A program made the position numbers and the translations under genes. Below the pieces are notes generated by a model that worked only from the letters and a program-made list of their open reading frames with translations, did not search any database and was not told where the DNA came from. Shown piece by piece: positions 1-9,266 of a stretch of DNA of 64,000 bases. The stretch spans positions 62,001 through 126,000 of IMG/VR virus record IMGVR_UViG_3300045971_000344, one strand, 5' to 3'. The first letter of the stretch is position 1. Every line of letters starts with the position of its first letter.

Positions 1-72
1 CAAAGGGTAAGGACTATCTCATGTCATTATTAACCGTACCACTGGTTTAACAAATAAATAAAGGAGAAACCG

Positions 73-354
73 ATGAGCACAGATAAACTTGAACTTTATA
101 TTTGTACAACCTGCAATCAAGGTTTCAACGCTAAACTAGATGCAGAAAGATGTCATAAAGCGATACCAGTAAAAGTTGAAGGTACGCTATACACTGAGTT
201 TAATACCGTTCAGGTAGAAATAGTTTCTGATGTTAAAGACTACTACTATAAAAATTCTCATGGAAACCTTAGGAGCGTACCACCAAGAGCAAAAATAGTA
301 GCAATTTGGGATGCACCAGTAGTTGACGGCGAAACCTTGATGGAGGTATACTAA
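73..354 (+). CDS. hypothetical protein
   Basis: ORF with AAGGAG RBS; first of a tightly packed + strand run. Confidence 0.7.
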   Translation: MSTDKLELYICTTCNQGFNAKLDAERCHKAIPVKVEGTLYTEFNTVQVEIVSDVKDYYYKNSHGNLRSVPPRAKIVAIWDAPVVDGETLMEVY

Positions 355-355
355 A

Positions 356-997
356 ATGAGAGATGAAGAACTCTGTGCTTTCGACCGCAAGTATGGATCA
401 AAGCATCCAGACTTAATTCAGCGCATGGCCTTTCGCAAAGAGCCTAGAAAGACACCGTTTGACTTTGATGATTTGCTGTCAATGGATTACATGGGTTCAT
501 CAGAGTTTGAGTGGGGTGCAATGCCTAAGTCACTAAAGCGTATTGTCAGGACGATAAACTCAAGGTTTATCCACAAGTATCCTGCAGTTGACTTTCGTGG
601 TGACAACCTTTGCTTGCTGGCCCGAACACAAGAAGAAGCGGATAAGTACTATGGCTGGCTCGTCCAACTTTTGTCAGGTAAATCATATCAGGAAGTTGGT
701 TGGAAACCACGAGAGTTTACAAACTTGTGGGAACAACTTCCACATGAAAAACCGTATTTGAATGACCCTGTTATTCACCGACAGAAAATTGAGGTCTACC
801 GCTATGGTAGAGAGTCAACTAATGCTTGGTGGGACTTGGAATTCGATATAGTTTTCTGCTTCGGTCATAAAAAGTTGACAAAAATAAAACACTCTATTAT
901 ACAAATACTGAGGAATAAACAAGCCATTATATTTGAACCTACGACTATGCCGAATGAGCGTATGAAGGCAGAGGAATGGGTTAACGAACCTGAATAA
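356..997 (+). CDS. hypothetical phage protein (MDYMGSSEFEWG motif)
   Basis: 213-aa ORF abutting upstream stop. Confidence 0.75.
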   Translation: MRDEELCAFDRKYGSKHPDLIQRMAFRKEPRKTPFDFDDLLSMDYMGSSEFEWGAMPKSLKRIVRTINSRFIHKYPAVDFRGDNLCLLARTQEEADKYYGWLVQLLSGKSYQEVGWKPREFTNLWEQLPHEKPYLNDPVIHRQKIEVYRYGRESTNAWWDLEFDIVFCFGHKKLTKIKHSIIQILRNKQAIIFEPTTMPNERMKAEEWVNEPE

Positions 998-1007
998 GGA
1001 GTGAACT

Positions 1008-1250
1008 ATGGCACGGATGAAGTACATTGTTATTGACCGAGAGAAAGTTGCGGTGTTCAGCGATTTATTTACCCACTCGGAGTTTAAACCAATGGGTAAT
1101 ATCACCAGTGCAGGATTTGTTGTTATAGGTGAAGACCACGGTAAGTGCGATACCACTTGTACCATTTGGGGCGAGTCAGTTTCCTTGGGAGTTAAGTCAG
1201 ACCAAGAACTTGACGAAAAGTTGATAAACAGAATGTTGACCAGATACTAG
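1008..1250 (+). CDS. hypothetical protein, paralog of 37423..37719
   Basis: AAGGAG RBS; shared SAGF...GES.SL..KS motif. Confidence 0.75.
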   Translation: MARMKYIVIDREKVAVFSDLFTHSEFKPMGNITSAGFVVIGEDHGKCDTTCTIWGESVSLGVKSDQELDEKLINRMLTRY

Positions 1251-1259
1251 GAGGTACTA

Positions 1260-1766
1260 ATGGAAAGAATAAAATGTCCTGTGTGCAATCGAAAAGTTGA
1301 CGTTATAAGGAATCGACTAAAGTCACATCCAGTCTATATTGGGAACAGCACAATGAGTGGCGGAATCTGCCAAGGAAGTATGTTAGATATAACAAGAGAA
1401 AAGGAGAAAGTTATGGGAGCAAAAGGTAAGAAGAAGATATATGTACCGACCAGAGCAGAGGGTATCGTGCTGTCCGTAATGGATATTATGGTGCTGACTA
1501 AAATACTATTAACTCCAGGTTGTTATTTCAGTATGAATGGAATACCTTTCATTGAAAAAGAATCAATTACTTATTTGGAAGAACACCAGTTGATTGATAC
1601 TACTGATGAATGGGTTGCACCGGAAGATTCAGATGAGGATGACGACTGTGATGACTCAGAAGGTGAATTCTACAAGGTAACAGAGAAGGGTGAAATATAT
1701 TTGGATGCACTGACTAAAGTTAAACTTCCAATCCCAACAACTGTGTGGGCTATACCAAAGGAGTGA
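1260..1766 (+). CDS. hypothetical protein (N-terminal CxxC, acidic patch)
   Basis: GGAGG RBS, packed ORF. Confidence 0.7.
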   Translation: MERIKCPVCNRKVDVIRNRLKSHPVYIGNSTMSGGICQGSMLDITREKEKVMGAKGKKKIYVPTRAEGIVLSVMDIMVLTKILLTPGCYFSMNGIPFIEKESITYLEEHQLIDTTDEWVAPEDSDEDDDCDDSEGEFYKVTEKGEIYLDALTKVKLPIPTTVWAIPKE

Positions 1767-1769
1767 ACC

Positions 1770-2066
1770 ATGCAAGGTAAACCAGTGGAAGTAATAAGAC
1801 ACATTGATACCGGAAGACTAGGTTTCTACGGAACTTATACGGGACGGTCAGTTGGAAGAATAATTCACTTCCTCTATGACATTTATAAACTGCATAATGC
1901 AGACCGATATACTATAGGCTCAGGTGAAGTTATGTATGCCAGAGATTTAGTGGCTACTTATAGTTGGCTTGAGGATACAGATGTACCTATATTTGATGAT
2001 AACTCGCTGGGTATACTCCACAAACAAACAGAATTTTTAACCGAGCATGGGCTTATAAAGGAGTAG
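1770..2066 (+). CDS. hypothetical protein
   Basis: packed ORF with RBS. Confidence 0.7.
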   Translation: MQGKPVEVIRHIDTGRLGFYGTYTGRSVGRIIHFLYDIYKLHNADRYTIGSGEVMYARDLVATYSWLEDTDVPIFDDNSLGILHKQTEFLTEHGLIKE

Positions 2067-2069
2067 GTT

Positions 2070-2435
2070 ATGTCAGACCACATGGATGCATACTTAACAC
2101 ATATAAAGCAGATACCAGTCCGAAAACGTATTGACTGTCTTGAGGAGTTTGTTACTGGTTTAAACTTGGACCACATTTATTCGGTACTGGACAAGATGGA
2201 AACAATCGACCGTTCTGGTTACAGAATAATTATTGGACCAAAACCAGTACAGAGAAAGATTCATTTCAAGATAGTAACGGACATAGGTACTCAAGTTAAA
2301 TGCCCTGTAGCCAATGGGATGTCAACAAGAGCACTAAACCGATTGAAACTTACTGAGGATACGAAAAAAGTAACATGCAAAAAATGTTTGGCTATACTTG
2401 ATAGTCAAACTAAAGAGGAGAATCCAAATGAGTAA
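2070..2435 (+). CDS. hypothetical protein
   Basis: packed ORF with RBS. Confidence 0.7.
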   Translation: MSDHMDAYLTHIKQIPVRKRIDCLEEFVTGLNLDHIYSVLDKMETIDRSGYRIIIGPKPVQRKIHFKIVTDIGTQVKCPVANGMSTRALNRLKLTEDTKKVTCKKCLAILDSQTKEENPNE

Positions 2436-2652
2436 TTGTCCAATGTGTGAGCACAATATTCCAGTAACACTTTATGTGTATCTTCCACTTGACCCACAAG
2501 ACTATCCCGGTGGCGGTAACTTAAAGATTACAAAGTCAACTATAGTCAGGTACAATGTTCCTACTGATAGAAAGTTGACCAAACAGGATATTGAAAAGTT
2601 GCAGCGTCAAATTGAAGAGTTTGAACACAGTTTAACGGTAGGTCACTTATGA
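2398..2652 (+). CDS. hypothetical protein (likely start ATG 2428)
   Basis: GAGGAG RBS before MSNCPMC. Confidence 0.6.
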   Translation: MIVKLKRRIQMSNCPMCEHNIPVTLYVYLPLDPQDYPGGGNLKITKSTIVRYNVPTDRKLTKQDIEKLQRQIEEFEHSLTVGHL

Positions 2653-2975
2653 TAAACCTAAATAAGAAAGAAGACCTGTTACGGTTATTGTTAAAGATTG
2701 AGTTTAGTCTTTACTCACCAATAGCAGAAAGAAAAGGAAAAAAGACTTGTCCTTACTGCGCTCAGTTTGAGATCCACGATAAAGAGTGTGAACTTAATAA
2801 TGGGATACTGAATATTATTGGTGATAACTTTACCTTTGAGACAAAGGAAGTAATCCAAGAAACCCTTGAAGAAATTGAGTGGTGTGGATTCAACAAAATT
2901 TGTCCGTGTTGTCAAAATCAAATTGGCGAAGGGCATGCCGAGGATTGTTGGATGAAAGGGGTGACTGACCTATGA
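2649..2975 (+). CDS. hypothetical protein with two CPxC...H...C Zn-binding-like motifs
   Basis: CPYCAQFEIHDKEC and CPCCQNQIGEGHAEDC; ATGA overlap. Confidence 0.7.
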   Translation: MINLNKKEDLLRLLLKIEFSLYSPIAERKGKKTCPYCAQFEIHDKECELNNGILNIIGDNFTFETKEVIQETLEEIEWCGFNKICPCCQNQIGEGHAEDCWMKGVTDL

Positions 2976-3199
2976 GAATAATAGAAGTAGTAGGTTGTAC
3001 TTGTTGTCCGTACTTTAAACAGACGGATGGGTATAATAGAGTTTATGTATGTACGCATCCAAAGTTTACCGGTGGATTCACCATGAGCCATAGATTGAAA
3101 AAGGACGGAACTTATCCATTAGCATTGAGGAAGAAGGTACATAAAAATTGTCCACTACAAATAAAGGAGCCTCGCTATGGTATCTACCCAAAAGGTTGA
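2972..3199 (+). CDS. hypothetical Cys-rich protein
   Basis: ATGA overlap with upstream gene. Confidence 0.65.
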   Translation: MRIIEVVGCTCCPYFKQTDGYNRVYVCTHPKFTGGFTMSHRLKKDGTYPLALRKKVHKNCPLQIKEPRYGIYPKG

Positions 3200-3506
3200 G
3201 AAACAGAAGTTGAAACTAACTAAAACTCAGTTTATCCAATTGAATGTGGACCGACTGCATAAGTATATTTGGGAAAAGACAATAATGGGCCAACGCTTCG
3301 GCTCATCAAGTTCTTATGACCTGGCACAGTTTATAATGAAGGATACACAGTTTATTATGCCTAATCTCTGGTGGGGTAAGTGGTCAGGTTCTTTTAAAGA
3401 AGACGGATTAAAAAAAGCAGCTACTAATCAGTATACAAGGGCTTTGAAAAAGTTTAAAGCGTTATATGACATTATAGGTCATGGTCCTGTTGGTACATTT
3501 CTATAA
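3177..3506 (+). CDS. hypothetical protein
   Basis: AAGGAG RBS. Confidence 0.65.
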   Translation: MVSTQKVEKQKLKLTKTQFIQLNVDRLHKYIWEKTIMGQRFGSSSSYDLAQFIMKDTQFIMPNLWWGKWSGSFKEDGLKKAATNQYTRALKKFKALYDIIGHGPVGTFL

Positions 3507-3530
3507 AACTATCAGAAAAAGGAGAAACTA

Positions 3531-3746
3531 ATGGTAATATTCACTAAATGCCCAGAGTGCGGAGTACCGACTACAGCCAACATCCACCAAGACATTCAAC
3601 TGGTTGAACCAAAAGCAAAATTCGAGCAAAATATTGATTGCTTGAATTGTAAGACAAATTACCAGATAGTTATAAAGTTGAAAGCGCGGACCAAGAAAGA
3701 CAAAAAGGATATTGACGAAAAAATTGCAGAACACTATGGGAGGTAA
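3531..3746 (+). CDS. small Zn-ribbon protein, paralog of 50282..50509
   Basis: AAAGGAG RBS; CPEC...CLNC. Confidence 0.75.
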   Translation: MVIFTKCPECGVPTTANIHQDIQLVEPKAKFEQNIDCLNCKTNYQIVIKLKARTKKDKKDIDEKIAEHYGR

Positions 3747-3748
3747 TC

Positions 3749-4093
3749 ATGGAAACAATTTCACAACCAATAACACTTAAACATCTGAACTATCAGGCTT
3801 GCCCACATTGTGGTTCTCGCTGTAAGAAAATTACGCAGGAATCCCGTCACACTAATGGACAGTGGAATGAGTATCAGTACTTTGAGTGTGGGTTTACCGT
3901 ACACTTTAGTCCTAACTATGGGAAAGAGCAGATTCTTATTGAGTGTGAAAAAACTGATGAGTACAAGGAAAAGAAACGGCTTAAAACTGAGAGCATGAAA
4001 AAAGTTATGAATTATATTTCTAAGCTAAATTGTGATGCTGCTTTTAAGGCCACGCTAAAAGATAAGGTGGAATCAGCAAAATATAGCATATAA
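3749..4093 (+). CDS. hypothetical Zn-ribbon protein
   Basis: GGAGG RBS; CPHCGS. Confidence 0.7.
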   Translation: METISQPITLKHLNYQACPHCGSRCKKITQESRHTNGQWNEYQYFECGFTVHFSPNYGKEQILIECEKTDEYKEKKRLKTESMKKVMNYISKLNCDAAFKATLKDKVESAKYSI

Positions 4094-4104
4094 GGAGATA
4101 CTAG

Positions 4105-4608
4105 ATGGAAAACCAAATAAGGACTAGACTTACCACTTGGAAAGAACAGGCACAACTGTGGCTCGTAACTAAGGCGAAGCCACTGACGGATGAGCAGATG
4201 CCTATTTATATCAAGCTGTCTATGAATGAGGACCAAATGGACAGTGATACAACTTTTAGACGAAAAATACAGAGCGATAGTATGGGCGCACTTGTATTTA
4301 GTCGCTCAAAGGCAATAGGGTTGGACATAAACCATGTAGTCCTGGCGTTCATAGCTGGATGGTTATGTGAAAATCCAGCACAGGCTGTAATGTACCTTTC
4401 TTACTTACGGTTAGTACAGATTGAACGAAAACAAGTAGTTAATATGCTGGAGTTTTCATCTATTTTTGCGGAAGGTTTCTTTGATAACGATACGTTATCG
4501 GATTTGTGGGACTTGCAGAAAGTTCGTGGAGAAGAATATGAATGGTTGAGAAACTCTGGTGCATACCAAACTGATAACTTACTTGACTACTTAGAGTTTT
4601 TCAAATAA
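4105..4608 (+). CDS. hypothetical protein
   Basis: AAGGAG RBS, 167 aa. Confidence 0.75.
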   Translation: MENQIRTRLTTWKEQAQLWLVTKAKPLTDEQMPIYIKLSMNEDQMDSDTTFRRKIQSDSMGALVFSRSKAIGLDINHVVLAFIAGWLCENPAQAVMYLSYLRLVQIERKQVVNMLEFSSIFAEGFFDNDTLSDLWDLQKVRGEEYEWLRNSGAYQTDNLLDYLEFFK

Positions 4609-4626
4609 CTAAAGGTGGATTAAATA

Positions 4627-4899
4627 ATGGATAATAAAAAATTAGTTAAAAGAGAGTATACCGTCTGGCTTTTGGTCGATAAAAATCTTTCAATTTTAGA
4701 CGATGAGAATTTAAGGTACATTGGTAGTAGTATTATCCATACAGTCGAGATAGTTGAAGTGTTGGCACATTTATACAGCGTTCTTCAGGGACATAATACA
4801 ACTATACCTTTTAGTGAACGCAAGGTATATTTAGTAAAGCTAGATAGAGACTTGTGGTTCATGCCGGGTAATGGTAAATTCAAAAAGCTAACAGTATAG
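4627..4899 (+). CDS. hypothetical protein
   Basis: packed ORF. Confidence 0.6.
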   Translation: MDNKKLVKREYTVWLLVDKNLSILDDENLRYIGSSIIHTVEIVEVLAHLYSVLQGHNTTIPFSERKVYLVKLDRDLWFMPGNGKFKKLTV

Positions 4900-4923
4900 T
4901 CTTATATACAAAAGGAGCGTTCT

Positions 4924-5253
4924 ATGAAGACCACCAAAATACCGATAGATGAATTCTTTAAAGCTGATTCTTTACGTCTGCCTACGAACTTCAAATCAAA
5001 AAATTTGAGGTCTCTTGCAAAAGGTAGGACTATAAAGAAAATAGTTATAAATCGACCTAAAAAGGATTCACCTTCTCCAATGCTAGACATACCTGTTCAG
5101 GGAATAAAGGTCTTATTTACTGATGGATCCTGTATGTTCATTGATGCTTGGCTCGGAGAATTTGACCAGCGTCCAGAGGTATCAAAGAATAAAAGATCCG
5201 GTGCATTCTTAACAGGTGCATTCCATGAACCACCAGCTCCTCTTGAAGATTAA
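4924..5253 (+). CDS. hypothetical protein
   Basis: AAGGAG RBS. Confidence 0.7.
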   Translation: MKTTKIPIDEFFKADSLRLPTNFKSKNLRSLAKGRTIKKIVINRPKKDSPSPMLDIPVQGIKVLFTDGSCMFIDAWLGEFDQRPEVSKNKRSGAFLTGAFHEPPAPLED

Positions 5254-5260
5254 GACTAAA

Positions 5261-5270
5261 ACTGTAAATA
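5261..5270 (+). promoter_or_regulatory. candidate phage promoter motif ACTGTAAATA
   Basis: same decamer at 5613 and 35838 and near-copies at 19653, 24320, 26493, 38215, mostly between genes. Confidence 0.4.
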
Positions 5271-5346
5271 TAGATATGGCAGTTAACTTTAATCTGATGA
5301 GGAACAAGCTTCATGAGAAAAATATCTGTAATAGAGTCTGAACACC

Positions 5347-5619
5347 ATGAATAAGATAACAGAGAAGCAAATAAAGAGATATGTGCTAAATCGAAGGTTG
5401 AAAGAGCTCCAAGTTAAAGATAATAATATAGTTCTAACGCTGACTGATAATAGACGGATATTGATAAATAGAAAAAGCGGAAGCATAAGGATCAAATCTG
5501 GGGATGAGTATATGTCGGAACGCGATCTGGAAAGGTTTAACGACCAAGTAGAAGCCGCAGTTAAAAGAGCACAGGCAAACATTCCTGCAGAGTGTAGGAA
5601 TTGTGGGCCTCAACTGTAA
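5347..5619 (+). CDS. hypothetical protein
   Basis: ORF between two ACTGTAAATA motifs. Confidence 0.6.
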   Translation: MNKITEKQIKRYVLNRRLKELQVKDNNIVLTLTDNRRILINRKSGSIRIKSGDEYMSERDLERFNDQVEAAVKRAQANIPAECRNCGPQL

Positions 5620-5657
5620 ATATTTAGAGCTAGAGCTGGAGTTGTAATTTATATACA

Positions 5658-7808
5658 ATGATTGAGATTGAAATTGAGCGGAGGTATCGCGTGGCAAAAA
5701 AAGAAAAAGAAGAGAAGAGTTATACTGAAAAACGAAGAGAAGCAGAAAAACCAGTTAAGATAAAAACAAAGAAAATAAAGGCTTATGATGAAGACAGCTT
5801 TAAATTTCATACACTAGACGTAGACAAAGTTAGAGCTCGTCCCTCCATGTATATGGGTTCGACACCAATCTTCCAATGTGTTAAAGAAGTTGTGGACAAT
5901 TCTATAGATGAGTACAATGAGACAGAGCAGAGTGCAAAACACTGGAATATTTATATTAGTTATACTTGTGATAAAAAATCTGGTAAGCACACCTTTACTG
6001 TAGCAGACAAAGGCAGAGGAATTCCGATAGGAATTAATAAAGATATAAAAGTAAGTACCTTAACAGGTGCCTTTACACAACTTCAAGGTGGAGGTAAATT
6101 TGATGCAAAAGCCTATGAAGCAGGTAAAGGTACAAATGGAACGGGTGTTTGTGCTACCAATGCTTTATCTGAGCAATTAGAAGTATGGACACACAGAGAT
6201 AAGCGCTGGTGGTATCAAAAGTTTGAATTTGGTAAGCCCGTTACGGAAGTAATAAGAAAAAAACCTGAAAAACAATTTATAAAAAATAGCTGTGGGACTG
6301 TTGTTTCGTTTACCGTAGATAATTCTATAGAACAAATCTCTGTGGATACTTTTGATTTATCTGGTTTTAAAACCTGGTTGAACGTTACCTCCATGATTGA
6401 TAGCCCTATCCGTATTCTTTTTGAATATGGATCAAGTAAAAAGGGATTGAAAACAATAGAGTACTTTAAACCCGATGGCGCAGTTGAATATTTAAAGATG
6501 AAACTTGAAGAGTATAAGCTTGAAACTTTTGGTAAAAAGCCGTTTGTGTTTACTCATAAATTTATGTCATGTATTTTTCAATGGGCCTCTACAGAGGAAA
6601 CACACTTTGATGCCTACACTAATGGTATTTACAACATAGACGGAGGTACGCATTTACAGGGTTTTTATTCTTCTCTTGTAAAGGCGTTTAATATAGTCGT
6701 AAATAATAAGAAAAAAGAATTAAAAGAATCTGACTTACGGGCAGGTCTAATTGGATTAGTAAACGTAAGAGTACCCGAGGCACAGTATAAAGATCAGGTT
6801 AAGAATGAGTTAAAATCACCTGTAAAGAAAAAAGTAGAAGAAACATTAATTGAACCCTTAACAGCGTGGTTTAATAGTCATAAATCCTTGGTTAAGGAAA
6901 TTCAAGAGCGAGCCACTGCTTTGAGGGATGCAAAAGAAAAAGCAAAAGAGCTTATGAAGGCCGCCTCTAAAGTTAAGACAAAAGGTCAGAGTTTGCCTTC
7001 TAAGCTGGTTATGTGTGATAGTAAAACACCTGTTGGAGAACGAGAGTTGTTTATTCTTGAAGGGGACTCTGCAGGTGGGCCAGCTAAACGAGCTAGAGAT
7101 CGTAGATACCAAATGGTTTTGCCTTTGAAAGGAAAGCCCATAAATGTCGCCCGCTGTTCAGTCGCAAAGGCATTAGGATCTGTTCCAGTAAAAGAAATAC
7201 TTACCACAATAGGTTTTGACGCCAAGAGTTATGCAAAAATAGGAAAAAGCTTAGTTCCTTTCAATGTAGGGCGTATCGTGTTAACTGCAGATGCCGATGA
7301 AGACGGTCGCCATATTGAGAACCTTATACTTACAGTATTGTATAAATTTGTACCAGATGTCTTTAAGAACAACATGGTATACCTAGTTGATTCACCTTTA
7401 TACATAGTTAGATCAAAAGGTAAAAAGAACTATGCTTATACTTATAAAGAAGCGGTTAAAAAATACGGTGATAAGGCTCAATTAAAACGTATGAAAGGCT
7501 GGGCAGAGGCTAATGATGACGAGCTAGAGTATATCGCTTTTAAAAAAGATACAAGAAAGCTATGGCTTGTCCGTCCAGTTCCTACCGCAGACGGAAAAGC
7601 TTTTCTTAAAATAGTAGGCGAGGATACTGCAGAAAGAAAAAGAATTCTTAAAATAGAATCTTATGCTGACCCTAAAAAGTTAAAAGATTCTTCTCCTAAA
7701 CCTAAGAAAGATAAAAAAGTAAAAGAGATAAAAGAAGAAACTAAGGTTAGTAAGAAACGGGGAACTAAAAATGATTATAGCAAAAAAGAAAGATTCAAAG
7801 AAAACTAA
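5658..7808 (+). CDS. type IIA DNA topoisomerase subunit B (GyrB/ParE-like); likely start GTG 5691
   Basis: RARPSMYMGS, EVVDNSIDE, DKGRGIP, GGKFD, NALS, FILEGDSAGG, LPLKGK, DADEDGRHI motifs. Confidence 0.97.
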   Translation: MIEIEIERRYRVAKKEKEEKSYTEKRREAEKPVKIKTKKIKAYDEDSFKFHTLDVDKVRARPSMYMGSTPIFQCVKEVVDNSIDEYNETEQSAKHWNIYISYTCDKKSGKHTFTVADKGRGIPIGINKDIKVSTLTGAFTQLQGGGKFDAKAYEAGKGTNGTGVCATNALSEQLEVWTHRDKRWWYQKFEFGKPVTEVIRKKPEKQFIKNSCGTVVSFTVDNSIEQISVDTFDLSGFKTWLNVTSMIDSPIRILFEYGSSKKGLKTIEYFKPDGAVEYLKMKLEEYKLETFGKKPFVFTHKFMSCIFQWASTEETHFDAYTNGIYNIDGGTHLQGFYSSLVKAFNIVVNNKKKELKESDLRAGLIGLVNVRVPEAQYKDQVKNELKSPVKKKVEETLIEPLTAWFNSHKSLVKEIQERATALRDAKEKAKELMKAASKVKTKGQSLPSKLVMCDSKTPVGERELFILEGDSAGGPAKRARDRRYQMVLPLKGKPINVARCSVAKALGSVPVKEILTTIGFDAKSYAKIGKSLVPFNVGRIVLTADADEDGRHIENLILTVLYKFVPDVFKNNMVYLVDSPLYIVRSKGKKNYAYTYKEAVKKYGDKAQLKRMKGWAEANDDELEYIAFKKDTRKLWLVRPVPTADGKAFLKIVGEDTAERKRILKIESYADPKKLKDSSPKPKKDKKVKEIKEETKVSKKRGTKNDYSKKERFKEN

Positions 7809-9222
7809 AAAACGTTCAACTCTTGATCTTACTAGTAACATAAAAGAAGATATAAAAGAAAAAGACTTAGTAACCTTGGCTACAGAGAACACCGAACGCT
7901 ATGGTAAAGAAACAATTGAAGAGCGTGCGTTGGCCGCCCAAGACGGCTTTAAACCCGTTCATAGACGGATTTTGTATTCCATGTATACTATGGGTATGAC
8001 ACCTAAATCAAACTTCAAAAAAGCTGCAAGAGTTGCGGGCGATGTAATGGGCAGATTTCACCCACATGCGGATACCGGCATTGTTGGTGCAATGGTAACT
8101 ATGGCAAATTCTCCTGAACCTATTATAGACGGAGAAGGTAACTGGGGTGACCATACAGATGCCGCTGGAGCAATGCGTTATATCGAATGCCGAATAACAA
8201 AGTATGCAGAACAGTATTTGCTGGACCCAGATTATTTACATCCGTCTGTTACGGATATGGTTAAAAATTATGATGGTGAAGAGATGGAACCAGTATTACT
8301 TCCGGCTAAACTACCTAATATACTAATAAACGGTAGTGAAGGTATTGCGATGGGTGTATCCTCTTACATTCCTAGTTTTACCAAAGACAGTGTTGTAAAG
8401 CTCGTTAAAATAGCGTTAATCGGAAAAGAAGCTACATCTAAGCTCTGTAATAAATACCTTGAGTTTAATTTTAAATATGGAGGATTTTACGTAGGTACCG
8501 CTGAGGAATTACTTTCATATTATGAGACGGGTAAGGCTTCACTTAAATTTAGATCTACAACTGAGTATGAGCCAAATAAGCATTTTGTAATAACAGCACT
8601 ACCCCCTAGAATTAGAGTGGAAACTATGCTAGACTCTTATAGGGACTTACCAGAAGTGTCTAAGGCTGAAGAAACTACTGATAAGAACGGTATTAGTTTC
8701 ACCATAAAATTGAAGAAAAATGATAATCCCAAATTGCAAGATAAACTTTTATCCATCGTAACATCTACCTTACCTTTTCAGACCTACCTAACTGAAAGAT
8801 CATTAAATGAGAATAAAGAAGTTCAAGTAAAATTCAAGAAAACAACAGTTCCAGAAATTATAAATGACTGGGTTAAATGGAGAATAGCTTTAGAGCTAAA
8901 GGTAATAAAATACCTTTTGATAAAGACCGAGCGAGAATTAGAACGCTTAACCTTATTACAGCTCGCGGCAAAAAATATGGACGTAATGAAGTCCATGCTT
9001 GACCAAAAAGATCCAATAAAATTCCTTATATCTAAATTAAAATTCAATGGTGCGAAGCTCACAGAAGATCAAGCCAATTATTTGCTCGATATCCGGTTTC
9101 GCCAATTGACGAAGCTAAATATCCAGAAGTTATTGGACGATATAAAGAAAGTAAAACTTACTATTACGGAGCTGAATAAAGACCTAAAGGATCCTAATAC
9201 TAGAATACTTAAGAGTTTGTGA
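7771..9222 (+). CDS. type IIA DNA topoisomerase subunit A (GyrA/ParC-like, no C-terminal beta-pinwheel)
   Basis: DGFKPVHRRILYSM, KKAARVAGDVMGRFHPH, GEGNWG, AMRYIECR catalytic Tyr; only 483 aa. Confidence 0.97.
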   Translation: MIIAKKKDSKKTKKRSTLDLTSNIKEDIKEKDLVTLATENTERYGKETIEERALAAQDGFKPVHRRILYSMYTMGMTPKSNFKKAARVAGDVMGRFHPHADTGIVGAMVTMANSPEPIIDGEGNWGDHTDAAGAMRYIECRITKYAEQYLLDPDYLHPSVTDMVKNYDGEEMEPVLLPAKLPNILINGSEGIAMGVSSYIPSFTKDSVVKLVKIALIGKEATSKLCNKYLEFNFKYGGFYVGTAEELLSYYETGKASLKFRSTTEYEPNKHFVITALPPRIRVETMLDSYRDLPEVSKAEETTDKNGISFTIKLKKNDNPKLQDKLLSIVTSTLPFQTYLTERSLNENKEVQVKFKKTTVPEIINDWVKWRIALELKVIKYLLIKTERELERLTLLQLAAKNMDVMKSMLDQKDPIKFLISKLKFNGAKLTEDQANYLLDIRFRQLTKLNIQKLLDDIKKVKLTITELNKDLKDPNTRILKSL

Positions 9223-9266
9223 GTGACGTGGGTTGAAACTTATCTAACCTGAGGAGAATAATCACA

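Noticed and set aside
5658-9222. Inteins or introns in the topoisomerase genes
   Set aside because: Motif spacing is continuous; no Cys...His-Asn intein ends or frame breaks
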